64,000 nt of DNA from a virus (IMGVR_UViG_3300030101_003608:32001-96000); one strand, 5' to 3'. Shown: positions 28,133-37,257, counted from the stretch's first letter. Notes: generated by a model from the sequence alone, not told the origin. Translations and numbers: made by a program.

Positions 28133-31000
28133 TTAAGAATTGCAAGAAGAATTAGACCCAGTCTTAACACAACTATCAGTTGTTTTAGGACATGGGAACT
28201 GAGGATCATTTAAAGCTTGTAATTCTATTAGTTCTTTACTTATTAACCATTTTTCATTTAATTCAGGACAGCAATTAGATATACCGTATCTTAATGCTAA
28301 TGCTTCTTTATAAGCTATTTCTGCAAAGTTACATGTAATTTTATCATACTTTTCTGAAGAGCATATAGGTGTATTATATCCAGGTTTTACTTTTCTGTTA
28401 TTTGGAAAATACTGCGGACACTCTCCTATTTTAGTTTTTTGTTTAACACACTCTTCACTCTCTATAGTTTCTAACAATATAAGAGCTTGACCATCAGGCC
28501 AAACACCTTTTACCCACTGTGCATCTGTAAATATTGGACAATCCTCTGTTGATTCAAAACTACCTATGTCACTAGGAGCAACTGTACCTATAGTTTGACC
28601 TATAAACCATCCATTAAGAGCTTGAGAATACCATATATAATAAGTGATGTTTACACCTAATACAGTAATTTCAAAAGAATAAACATTTTTACCATCATTA
28701 GTTGTACCATTCCAGTTTGCATCACCTATAAAAGATGCTCCTTCTTCTCCTTCAATTGAGATAGTAACACAGTCACAACCATTAGCAGCACCAATTACTT
28801 CAAATACATTACAATCTCCATAGTAATTAAATATACCAGGAATTGATTCATCCCATTTTTGTACACAATGTCTTAAAGAAGACTTTCCTGAAGGAACTGT
28901 TTCTGTAGATGCAGTATCTCCATTAATATCTATGTATGAATATACTTGTTCTTTTGTAGTTGTATTAAAAACAGTTGAACATCTTGTTACTAAAGTTTCA
29001 CAATCTGTACATGTTTCAAAAGCAACTGTTACTTCTACAGGCTGTTGACTAGGAGGTTGTCCTACACCTGCATAAAGTTCAACAGTATAGCAACCTATAC
29101 AACCTTCTACTTGAACAACTTGATTTAAATAAGGTGATAAATTTGAAGGAGTAATTATTATTGCATCTGCATGTGCTGGATCACAAGGCGTTAATGTATA
29201 AAATGTAGCTAGACATGATGGGCAATCTGTAAACTCTATAATGTTACTTATAGTAACACTGCTTGGTGGTTCATGCGTAATCTGTTCTACAAACCAGCAA
29301 TTACAATCATCTTTTATAACTTTACCTATATATGCAGATAAATCTTGAATGCTGTATGTAACTTCTCCACTTTCACAATCCGTTAATTTATATGCTATAG
29401 GACCTATACATTCTATACAGCTAGTATATTCTTGTAATACTGTTACATCTACAGGACATTTGCAAGCATTATCATCAGAACATGGTGAAGTTATTATTGC
29501 TGTTACAGGATTACCATCAGGAAGAACTCCTACTACCCAAACGGTTTCATCTGCTATTGGGCAACTTGTAATACCTCCTTTTATTTCTCCTATTACTTGT
29601 GCGGGTATAGTACTACCTACATTTTGACTAATTATCCAACTACCTGCAGCAGCATTTGCCCAAATATAATAAGTAACTCCAAGTACTTCTAAAATAAATA
29701 CTTTTTCATTATTATGCGTACTTCCTGAATAATTAGCTAAATATGATATTCCGTTTATACTAACAGATACACATAAGCAGGTTGCTTCTGTAACAGTCCA
29801 ACATCCTTCATATCCTGCTAATTCAACTACAGAACTTGGATTTATATATTTAAATAAACTTTGGAGCGTTGAGGTTAGTATTGCATTTTGATTTGGATAC
29901 TTTTCAGGTTCACAATTAATTAATTGAAAACATCTTTCAACACAAACTCCATCCTCACAAAGACCTCTTTCAACAATAACAGCTGAAGGTTCACCAGGAA
30001 CTTCTTTTACTAAAGGAGGTGACTGAGCACAAAACTTATCTGGAGCATATGTAGACTGAGGATCACCATTACAATCAATATATGTAACTAATCCTGGAGC
30101 ACTAATTATTTCATAACAGTTGCAAGGACAAGGTTCTGCTTCAAAACTAGTTATTTCTAAAGTTAGCACAGGATCTGTACAAACACCTTCATTTACTTCA
30201 ACAAACCAAGATTCTGTAGAACCTGCTAGTGTAACGTAAGTTCCTACAGCAGCTGCAAAGTCTTCTATAGTAGTTTGTATTTGTGTTCCATCACAAGCAG
30301 TTAATAGATAACATATAGGATCACAAACTGGACATCCTACATCTGAATCAGAATAAGTACAATCATCAGCATGTATAAACTGTATATCTGCGCTAGCATC
30401 TGGAGGATAAAATAAAAGATTATATTCTGCTATATCAGCAGGTGCTCCAGGTAAACCATCACCAACTGTACCAACTGACCAAGTATAACATTCTCCTGGA
30501 AATAAAGGATACCCTTGTACAGGAGGTGCAACAATATTATATTGCTGTACACCCGTGTATTGTAAAAGACTAAATGAAGGCATTGAACCTCCTTGACTCC
30601 CCCCTATATAAGGCTCACCTCTAAAAAATATAGCAGGACCTCCACAACAAGGGTCTGCTTTTATATAATTTTGGTCTTTTGGACCACAATCTGGGCACAA
30701 GGCTCCAGCTGAAGTACAGTCTGAAAACTTTCCTAAAGATACCGCTGTTATTGAGCTATCACTAATAAATGGATATAAAAGACCTGTTAAAGCTCTAAAT
30801 TCAAAAAGATAACAGTTTCCATTAATAAATTCAAATATTCCACCAGCTCCTGCTACTATAGTATCAGCAATATCCCAAGTATAAACACCACTTAATGCTG
30901 TAGGATCGGGTGTTGTTGGATCAACTGTTAACCTAATATCTATAACGTTACTACCATTGCAACAATCAGTTACTCTATAGTGATAATATATAAGTGACAT
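28133..31000 (-). CDS. Cys-rich repeat structural protein, 955 aa
   Basis: Repeated Y-x-L-x-x-C ... CW/CY-x-V ... F-x-x-C-x-x-C units; two YYIW...W.I.Q..G beta modules. Confidence 0.6.
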   Translation of the reverse strand: MSLIYYHYRVTDCCNGSNVIDIRLTVDPTTPDPTALSGVYTWDIADTIVAGAGGIFEFINGNCYLFEFRALTGLLYPFISDSSITAVSLGKFSDCTSAGALCPDCGPKDQNYIKADPCCGGPAIFFRGEPYIGGSQGGSMPSFSLLQYTGVQQYNIVAPPVQGYPLFPGECYTWSVGTVGDGLPGAPADIAEYNLLFYPPDASADIQFIHADDCTYSDSDVGCPVCDPICYLLTACDGTQIQTTIEDFAAAVGTYVTLAGSTESWFVEVNEGVCTDPVLTLEITSFEAEPCPCNCYEIISAPGLVTYIDCNGDPQSTYAPDKFCAQSPPLVKEVPGEPSAVIVERGLCEDGVCVERCFQLINCEPEKYPNQNAILTSTLQSLFKYINPSSVVELAGYEGCWTVTEATCLCVSVSINGISYLANYSGSTHNNEKVFILEVLGVTYYIWANAAAGSWIISQNVGSTIPAQVIGEIKGGITSCPIADETVWVVGVLPDGNPVTAIITSPCSDDNACKCPVDVTVLQEYTSCIECIGPIAYKLTDCESGEVTYSIQDLSAYIGKVIKDDCNCWFVEQITHEPPSSVTISNIIEFTDCPSCLATFYTLTPCDPAHADAIIITPSNLSPYLNQVVQVEGCIGCYTVELYAGVGQPPSQQPVEVTVAFETCTDCETLVTRCSTVFNTTTKEQVYSYIDINGDTASTETVPSGKSSLRHCVQKWDESIPGIFNYYGDCNVFEVIGAANGCDCVTISIEGEEGASFIGDANWNGTTNDGKNVYSFEITVLGVNITYYIWYSQALNGWFIGQTIGTVAPSDIGSFESTEDCPIFTDAQWVKGVWPDGQALILLETIESEECVKQKTKIGECPQYFPNNRKVKPGYNTPICSSEKYDKITCNFAEIAYKEALALRYGISNCCPELNEKWLISKELIELQALNDPQFPCPKTTDSCVKTGSNSSCNS

Positions 31001-31001
31001 T

Positions 31002-31157
31002 TTATTTTACAAATTTGTTTAAGTTACCTTGTTTTATTTTAGCTTCATAAGCTGCTATACATGTTGAACAAACTTGTCTTCCATCTGATGCCGTTCTTTT
31101 TTGACATCCGCATGATAATTGTTTTCCACAGTTTGAACATCTTGATCCTGCTGCCAT
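31002..31157 (-). CDS. Small Cys-rich (Zn-finger-like) protein, 51 aa (missing from ORF track)
   Basis: MAAGSRCSNCGKQLSCGCQKRTASDGRQVCSTCIAAYEAKIKQGNLNKFVK; fills the intergenic gap; AACCAACAA leader. Confidence 0.8.
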   Translation of the reverse strand: MAAGSRCSNCGKQLSCGCQKRTASDGRQVCSTCIAAYEAKIKQGNLNKFVK

Positions 31158-31180
31158 AATTTGTTGGTTTTAATTTTGGT

Positions 31181-31723
31181 TTAACAATGTCTACAATCTA
31201 ATTTATTTAAAAGTTTTAGTGCATAATTATAAAGTGTCATACCTTCTTGTTGTTCATGACAAGTTTCTACTTTAGCTTTTGCTGCATCTAAATACATTCT
31301 AATTAATCTAAGATGATTTAATTTATCTTTTACAGCTTTAGGTGGATCACAATCTGCCACATCTATATCACATAAAATCTTTTGATATAAATCCATAGCC
31401 TGAGTCATTCTTAAATGGTTATACTCTACATAGACCACATGATTTGGATCTACTACATATTTTATTACATAAATTCCATCAGGTAAATTCACATATGATT
31501 GACCGCAGTGTTCTGTTTGCAATCCTAAATCACAAGCTGTTAAATTGCAAGATGACTCAGGTTGAAAATGAACTTCTGTAGCATAAGTATACCCAGGAAC
31601 TGTAATTTGAAGTTTTGGTTCAAAAATAGCAACCTGTGCAGAATATACACTTGTATCAAAAATCTTCATGACACAGGCATTTCCTACAGGAGGTATTTCT
31701 AAACTTAATACATGATTTGCCAT
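31181..31723 (-). CDS. Putative structural (tail hub-like) protein, 180 aa
   Basis: LPDGIYVIKYVVDP motif; synteny. Confidence 0.45.
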   Translation of the reverse strand: MANHVLSLEIPPVGNACVMKIFDTSVYSAQVAIFEPKLQITVPGYTYATEVHFQPESSCNLTACDLGLQTEHCGQSYVNLPDGIYVIKYVVDPNHVVYVEYNHLRMTQAMDLYQKILCDIDVADCDPPKAVKDKLNHLRLIRMYLDAAKAKVETCHEQQEGMTLYNYALKLLNKLDCRHC

Positions 31724-31734
31724 ATTAGATGAAA

Positions 31735-31773
31735 TAAAAAAAGGGAGAGGAGAAATTAGATCTCACTCTCCCT
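31735..31773 (-). terminator. Intrinsic terminator after the 465-aa gene
   Basis: Minus strand AAGGGAGAG...CTCTCCCTT followed by a U-run. Confidence 0.85.
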
Positions 31774-31793
31774 TATATGAGTAATTAATTATA

Positions 31794-33191
31794 TTATACT
31801 GCTACAATAATACTTGCAGCGGCACATGCAACACCTGCCTCAGCAGCTTGTGCAACACAGTCATTACCAACAGCATCTGTTACAACTTTAATATCATCTG
31901 CAAGATTAACAAGCTGAGTATTTAATGCAGCACCTGCACCTGTTTCAGCAGCAATCTCAAGTAAGTATTGATCATTATCAAATGTACCTGTTGGATTGTT
32001 GTATCTTGGAATGCTATGTAAGATAAATAATCTGTCATATAATGCAGTTCTATTTACTTGACCAGCAGCAGTACCTAACATATCATTTCCTTGAGTAATC
32101 TCACGGATTCTTAAGTCAGTTGCAAAAGGAACTTGTCTGTAAGATTCAGATAAGATAAAATCTCTTGCTACAGTCTCACCAAGTCCTTGTGGTTTTCTAC
32201 CTTTACACTCATGCTCAATACATATTCCCGTAAACTCACATGGATCACCATTTAAATCTACTTCAGAAGCAAATAACCTTAGAGGCTCAGTTCCGTAGAA
32301 ATCTGAAGGTTGGAAAGTACAATCTCCAAACTTAGTTTCTTCGTAAGCACCAACTAGTGTTAAACCTGCACAATCTCCAACAGCAAATGCTGATGTATAT
32401 GCATCTACAGTACTAATAGTTGGACCAGCACCTTGACCAGTTACAGCTTGAACTGCAGCTTGAGCAGCAGCTACAAATCCAGCAGCAGCTATATCAAAAC
32501 CTTCTGGATATAAAAGTGTAGTTATATGACCAGCAGCAACATCAGCTGCAGAAGCTACACTAACTACAGGAATGATAAATGGAGCTGGATTAGAGTTACC
32601 ATTAGGACCAGCACCTGTAAGAATGACACTTTCACTAATTCCTTTTGCCCACTGAATCATTACAAGCGCTGGATCTACAGCAACAGGAGCAACAGCTCCA
32701 TCTGGACAACATCCAGTGTAAGCAGTAATTTCTTGATATGCTTGATGATTTAACATTCTTAATGCAGCAGATCCTTTTACATCTACTCTTAAGTGATAGT
32801 TCTCACCACATAAGAAAGTTGGACAACAACCAGCATTACCTACAGTACTTGGTGTAGTACCAATATTTAAAATAGACTGTTGAGCAGGATTTGCTTTGTT
32901 AGTCCATACTTTGGTAATAAATTTAGGATTAATACCTTTTGATTTAATTGATTCTGTATATCCACCGTGAAAAGGTCCAACTTTGTCATCTGCATAAGGA
33001 GCACCTGATGCAATAACAAATTGACATTTTGATGGGGTAGCCACATCTAGTGGAGCCCAAGTCTTTGCATCATACAAAGATAATTGTCCTGAAGTTAGTG
33101 CACCACTGGCAGTAGAAGCTGGAGCTACTACAGGATCAACATACGCATCCATAATGAATGTCTTTCTAAAAGCGTGATTAAAATAAGCCAT
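31794..33191 (-). CDS. Putative auxiliary capsid/decoration protein, 465 aa
   Basis: Own tandem promoter motif and strong terminator; Ala/Gly-rich; lies close downstream of MCP as in crAss-like phages. Confidence 0.55.
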   Translation of the reverse strand: MAYFNHAFRKTFIMDAYVDPVVAPASTASGALTSGQLSLYDAKTWAPLDVATPSKCQFVIASGAPYADDKVGPFHGGYTESIKSKGINPKFITKVWTNKANPAQQSILNIGTTPSTVGNAGCCPTFLCGENYHLRVDVKGSAALRMLNHQAYQEITAYTGCCPDGAVAPVAVDPALVMIQWAKGISESVILTGAGPNGNSNPAPFIIPVVSVASAADVAAGHITTLLYPEGFDIAAAGFVAAAQAAVQAVTGQGAGPTISTVDAYTSAFAVGDCAGLTLVGAYEETKFGDCTFQPSDFYGTEPLRLFASEVDLNGDPCEFTGICIEHECKGRKPQGLGETVARDFILSESYRQVPFATDLRIREITQGNDMLGTAAGQVNRTALYDRLFILHSIPRYNNPTGTFDNDQYLLEIAAETGAGAALNTQLVNLADDIKVVTDAVGNDCVAQAAEAGVACAAASIIVAV

Positions 33192-33271
33192 TGTTTTTTG
33201 TTTTTAATTTTATAAATAAATAAATAATATACTATAATATACTAAAAGTTTTTTAATTAATCAAATTAAGA

Positions 33272-33970
33272 TTAATTATTTCTTTCAGCAGTTTGCGAAC
33301 CTCTTGGATATTGTACTGGTGATTCTATATCTCCAGCTAATATACTAACAGCTTCATCAATAATTACTTCAATAATATCATCCTTAAATTCAGATTCTAC
33401 TTCTACCAAAGTTTCTTGATTAGTATAAGGATCTACACAACCTTGTATTTGAATTTTTCTAGGTTGTCTATAATAGACTAAGTCTGCTTGTGATATTTCA
33501 AATTCATCATTAGTGTAAATATGAATTTGATTATCAATTAATGTAATAAAAGTTTCTCCCCATTCAAATGAAGGTTGCTTAGATTTATCTCTTAACAATT
33601 GATTTAAATTACCTTCCTCTGCAAGATATACCGTCATTCTTCTATCTTTACAACAATCCTGACATGCAAATACATCTACTCTTTTAAACTGTAAATAGTT
33701 TTCAGGAATAGATCCTCGGAAATGATCTTTCTTATCAGTCAATGAAAGTTGATTATCAGAAAGTAATACCTGAAGATCATCTTTTCTTCTAGTAGATTGT
33801 TCATCACCTTCTTTAACAATATTAAGACCATGCAATTGTCTTCTGCACCATTCTACTTGTGCTTTATTAAAAGCCTCAACAGCTTGCCAACATTCTATAT
33901 TATCATAGTCTTGACTATCAAGCTTGTTAACTCTTTGTTTTAATTTTATGACTATTGCGCTATTTAACAT
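33272..33970 (-). CDS. Putative ring/head-tail connector protein, 232 aa
   Basis: NKLDSQDY...FNKAQ...EQSTRRKDDLQVLL...YYRQPRKI...IIDEAVSI pattern; synteny. Confidence 0.55.
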   Translation of the reverse strand: MLNSAIVIKLKQRVNKLDSQDYDNIECWQAVEAFNKAQVEWCRRQLHGLNIVKEGDEQSTRRKDDLQVLLSDNQLSLTDKKDHFRGSIPENYLQFKRVDVFACQDCCKDRRMTVYLAEEGNLNQLLRDKSKQPSFEWGETFITLIDNQIHIYTNDEFEISQADLVYYRQPRKIQIQGCVDPYTNQETLVEVESEFKDDIIEVIIDEAVSILAGDIESPVQYPRGSQTAERNN

Positions 33971-34179
33971 TATTTCTTTTTCTTTCTTAGTTTACCTAAT
34001 GTAATTGCAAATCTAGCACGTTGAGCAGTCTTACCTTTACCCTTAGCTTTTTCTCTAAGCCAAGATTTTTTAATTCTCTTATTCTTTTTATCATAACCAC
34101 CTTGTCTTTTAGCAGTAGCTGTAAGAGAACCTGGCTTTTTGATTGCCTTCTTGATATTTAACTTCTTCTTTTGTGCCAT
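33970..34179 (-). CDS. Small basic protein, 69 aa
   Basis: K/R-rich; IKKAIKKPGSL...AQRARFAITL. Confidence 0.8.
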   Translation of the reverse strand: MAQKKKLNIKKAIKKPGSLTATAKRQGGYDKKNKRIKKSWLREKAKGKGKTAQRARFAITLGKLRKKKK

Positions 34180-34181
34180 TT

Positions 34182-34247
34182 TTAATATTCCCAGTAGATA
34201 AAAATTTGATCATTTTCTTCTTCTGGTTCTTTAAAAGTTTTATTCAT
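34182..34247 (-). CDS. Possible 21-aa acidic micro-peptide MNKTFKEPEEENDQIFIYWEY
   Basis: ATG 3 nt downstream of a late-promoter motif; fills the gap up to the next gene. Confidence 0.4.
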   Translation of the reverse strand: MNKTFKEPEEENDQIFIYWEY

Positions 34248-34269
34248 ATAGTAATATACAAAAAAATGA

Positions 34270-34542
34270 TCAGCATTTCCATCTTCTCCTAGCTTTTCTC
34301 AAACGGCTGTTTGGATCTTTAGCAGCTTTAGGAAACTTTTTCATTTGACCAAGAGATCTTGCACAATAACTTTTCTTTCTAGCTCCACCACCTGGTTGAG
34401 GTGCTTTAAGATTAGAGCCAGTCTTTCTATTAATCATTTTACGGCCTTTAGCAGTAAGACCACCTTTCTTAGACTTACAACCATTCTTGATTGTACAGCC
34501 TTTCATAGCTCCTTTTTTCTTACTACTTTTTTTAGTTGCCAT
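34270..34542 (-). CDS. Small basic protein, 90 aa (DUF6321-like)
   Basis: KGGLTAKGR...GSNLKAP...RKKSYCARS.GQ...KDPNSRL..ARRRWKC. Confidence 0.75.
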   Translation of the reverse strand: MATKKSSKKKGAMKGCTIKNGCKSKKGGLTAKGRKMINRKTGSNLKAPQPGGGARKKSYCARSLGQMKKFPKAAKDPNSRLRKARRRWKC

Positions 34543-34757
34543 TACTTTTTCTTTTTAAGTCTACGCTTATCGTGATTATATCCTTTAGCTTTTAATTCAA
34601 GATGCTTTTTCATTGTACCAGCCCTAACAGCTTTACCTGATTTTGAATACATCATGTGAGCTTTAAACTTCTTCTTAGCAGTGCTTTTCTTAGCTCCACC
34701 TTTTTTCATTTTAGCCATTTTAGTAGCATCTTTAGTCATTACTTTTGCATATGCCAT
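34542..34757 (-). CDS. Small basic protein, 71 aa
   Basis: K-rich; MKKGG; FKAHMMY...HLELKAKGYNH module. Confidence 0.8.
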   Translation of the reverse strand: MAYAKVMTKDATKMAKMKKGGAKKSTAKKKFKAHMMYSKSGKAVRAGTMKKHLELKAKGYNHDKRRLKKKK

Positions 34758-35029
34758 TATTTCTTTTTTTTAGTTGTTTTTCTTTTTCTTATAGCACTGG
34801 TTCTTCTACCCATGCCAACTCTTTTCTTTTCTGCAACAGCTTTTGTCTTTTGTGACTTAGACATAGAACCCCAGGTTCTAGGAGTCTTTTTAGAAATTTT
34901 TTTACTAGGTCTACACTTCTTAGTTTTCTTATTCTTAGAAGAGCCGCAAGGATTTCCTTTCTCATCCTTCCACTTTTCTTTAAACCACCTTTTCAGTGCA
35001 AGACCCTTAGCTGTTTTTCTTACTGCCAT
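34757..35029 (-). CDS. Small basic protein, 90 aa
   Basis: K/R-rich; LKRWFKEKW...PCG...KCRPSK..S.KTP.T. Confidence 0.8.
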   Translation of the reverse strand: MAVRKTAKGLALKRWFKEKWKDEKGNPCGSSKNKKTKKCRPSKKISKKTPRTWGSMSKSQKTKAVAEKKRVGMGRRTSAIRKRKTTKKKK

Positions 35030-35220
35030 TATCCTATCTTACCTCTACGTTTTCTACATTTAGCAATATATCCACTTGCATAAGCAGATGGAAATACTCT
35101 ATACTTAGCCTTAGCTTTATGATAGCAAGCATCTTTCTTAGACTTTTTTTTCTTAGATCCTCCTTTTCTGAAATATTCTAAAATTTCACCATCAGTATTA
35201 ATTCTTCCGTAACCAGGCAT
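35029..35220 (-). CDS. Small basic protein, 63 aa
   Basis: FRKGG then KDACYHKAK..Y.VFPSAYASG.IAKCRK. Confidence 0.8.
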   Translation of the reverse strand: MPGYGRINTDGEILEYFRKGGSKKKKSKKDACYHKAKAKYRVFPSAYASGYIAKCRKRRGKIG

Positions 35221-35221
35221 C

Positions 35222-35452
35222 TTATTTTCTTTTAAGGGTTTTCTTTCTAGGTAAAGTTTTCTTAGGTGCAGCAGATGATTTACCAGCTATAGTCTGTAGT
35301 TTTTTAACTTCAGCCATAGCAGCTTTTCTAATATCAGCCATTAATTTAGTATCCTTTTGGATATCTTGAGCTCTTTGTAAAGTACTCATTGCTGAAGCTA
35401 CTTCAAACTCACGCATTTCTTTTTTAGTCATAGTGTTAGTAAATTTAATCAT
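35222..35452 (-). CDS. Small basic protein, 76 aa
   Basis: Helical, basic C-terminus; coupled to neighbours. Confidence 0.75.
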   Translation of the reverse strand: MIKFTNTMTKKEMREFEVASAMSTLQRAQDIQKDTKLMADIRKAAMAEVKKLQTIAGKSSAAPKKTLPRKKTLKRK

Positions 35453-35664
35453 TTTACTCTATACTGTTTCATAGGTGTAGCTACTCCACCAGTTCTAAGC
35501 GTTCTTCCTTGAATAGTTCTGGGATTATTAGAATACTTAGGCATTGTTTTACCACAACCGCAGCCTCCACCATATTTCATTTTTTTCATCATTTTGAAAT
35601 CTTGAGCATCAATCTTTCCATTTTTGTTTTTGTCCAGTTTATACTGGTTTCCTTTTAGTGCCAT
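35449..35664 (-). CDS. Small basic protein with EF-hand-like loop, 71 aa
   Basis: DKNKNGKIDAQD (35599-35634); MKYGG and LRTGG motifs. Confidence 0.75.
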   Translation of the reverse strand: MALKGNQYKLDKNKNGKIDAQDFKMMKKMKYGGGCGCGKTMPKYSNNPRTIQGRTLRTGGVATPMKQYRVK

Positions 35665-35675
35665 ATCTTATAATT

Positions 35676-36146
35676 TTACATACATCTTCTACTACCTTTT
35701 GGGTTTCTTGTCCATTGACCACCATGTCCATATTTACCACCCTTTTTCATATTTGTATAGTACTCTGGTTCCGGGCTTGGTTCCTGTGGCCCAAGAGGAA
35801 TTGGTGGAGGATTAAACGGTTGGTCTTTTGGTTCTAGATCTTTAAACTTTCTATTATAGAATTTTTGCATTCTAGCATCTACTCTACCTTTCTTTCTGTC
35901 TAATCTAGCAGCTTGTCTATAAGCTTTTGCTTCTCCTCTCATGTCTTGTCTTGCTTGACGGCCTGGAAACATATTATCTAAGAATGCATCAGCTTTGCTA
36001 TAAAAATTTTGAATAGCTTTTCCTGTTTGTCTTCCTGGTTGAGCTTTAGGTAGCTTTTTTTTCATTTTCTTTACTCCACCTTTTTTATAAGCTTTCATAC
36101 TAGCACCACCTGTTCCATACATCATTTTTTTTCTATATCCTGGCAT
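35676..36146 (-). CDS. Basic protein with multiple GG motifs, 156 aa
   Basis: YGTGG, YKKGG, LPKAQPG, MKKGG, YGHGG. Confidence 0.8.
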   Translation of the reverse strand: MPGYRKKMMYGTGGASMKAYKKGGVKKMKKKLPKAQPGRQTGKAIQNFYSKADAFLDNMFPGRQARQDMRGEAKAYRQAARLDRKKGRVDARMQKFYNRKFKDLEPKDQPFNPPPIPLGPQEPSPEPEYYTNMKKGGKYGHGGQWTRNPKGSRRCM

Positions 36147-36164
36147 AACTTTTATTTTTTAAAT

Positions 36165-37184
36165 TTAACTTTTCCAATAATTTTCACACTCTTTAGTTAA
36201 ATCATCTAAGACATCTTCATTAAGAGGATTCTTTAAGAATTCAACTGTATCAGAAACATTTCTTCCCAACATGACATTCTTCTTGTTGTGATAGATATGT
36301 CCATCGCTCTTAGTAATAATATACTTAAAAAAGCTGGAATCTTTAACAATACTTCTAATTTTTAATGATTCCATGTCTGAATTTACTACATCTAAGAAAG
36401 TATTAACCGCTCTTTCCATATTGCTTTCAGCTCCATCTCCGTGAATATATGTATCCATATTTTCATATAAAATATCCAGTGGAGTAGACTTTTTATATTG
36501 TGTACTACTTGCATCTACAACTTTTGCTACATAGAATAATTTAGTACTATTCTTATCAAACAACTTTTGTAGCTCAGATAGTGCTTTATTTCTAAGCTTC
36601 TTATATTCAGTTCTACTAGATACAGTTTCTGCATCTTTATCTAAATAAAACTTAGGTGGTCTAGGTTTTGCTTTTGCATCTTCATAACTTTTTGCAATTA
36701 AAGAAAACCCACCTGCCTCAATAGCATGCAATTTAATTCTATCATAAGGATCAGACATATTTAAAAACAAAGGTTCATTTCCTACACTTATGTCTATCTT
36801 ATTCCAGAATTCATTGTTATCTGGTTTTAATAATTTTACTTTATTCCAAAAATCTTTGTCTTCTGGATCAAGTATGTTAGAAGCTAATTCTGCTTCTAGA
36901 TCTGCAACAGATTCTCTAATCTGTCTTACCTTAGCTTCTCTAGCTTCTTTGGAAAGTTTTTTGACTTCTGGAGCAAACTCATTAAGACCTGTTAGATATC
37001 TATTAATTCCATTAATCTCTAGACATGCTAATTGTTCTTGATGTTTTATTCCATCAAATAAACTTAATCCATAATTTTCTAATCCCATATTTTCTGATCT
37101 TGCATCAAAATAGGGTCTAATAGTAATCTTTGATTCTCTACTAGCTGATGGTGTTTCCACCATTGTAAATTGTTCTTTTGCCAT
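36165..37184 (-). CDS. Head-module protein downstream of MCP, 339 aa
   Basis: Position immediately after MCP as in crAss-like head modules. Confidence 0.5.
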   Translation of the reverse strand: MAKEQFTMVETPSASRESKITIRPYFDARSENMGLENYGLSLFDGIKHQEQLACLEINGINRYLTGLNEFAPEVKKLSKEAREAKVRQIRESVADLEAELASNILDPEDKDFWNKVKLLKPDNNEFWNKIDISVGNEPLFLNMSDPYDRIKLHAIEAGGFSLIAKSYEDAKAKPRPPKFYLDKDAETVSSRTEYKKLRNKALSELQKLFDKNSTKLFYVAKVVDASSTQYKKSTPLDILYENMDTYIHGDGAESNMERAVNTFLDVVNSDMESLKIRSIVKDSSFFKYIITKSDGHIYHNKKNVMLGRNVSDTVEFLKNPLNEDVLDDLTKECENYWKS

Positions 37185-37223
37185 TGGTTTTTATTTTTGT
37201 TGGTTATTATTTTGTTGGTTATT

Positions 37224-37257
37224 AAAAAAAAAGGGAGAGGAATAGCCCTCCCCCTTT
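37224..37257 (-). terminator. Intrinsic terminator after the major capsid gene
   Basis: Minus strand AAGGGGGAGG-GCTATT-CCTCTCCC followed by a long U-run. Confidence 0.85.
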
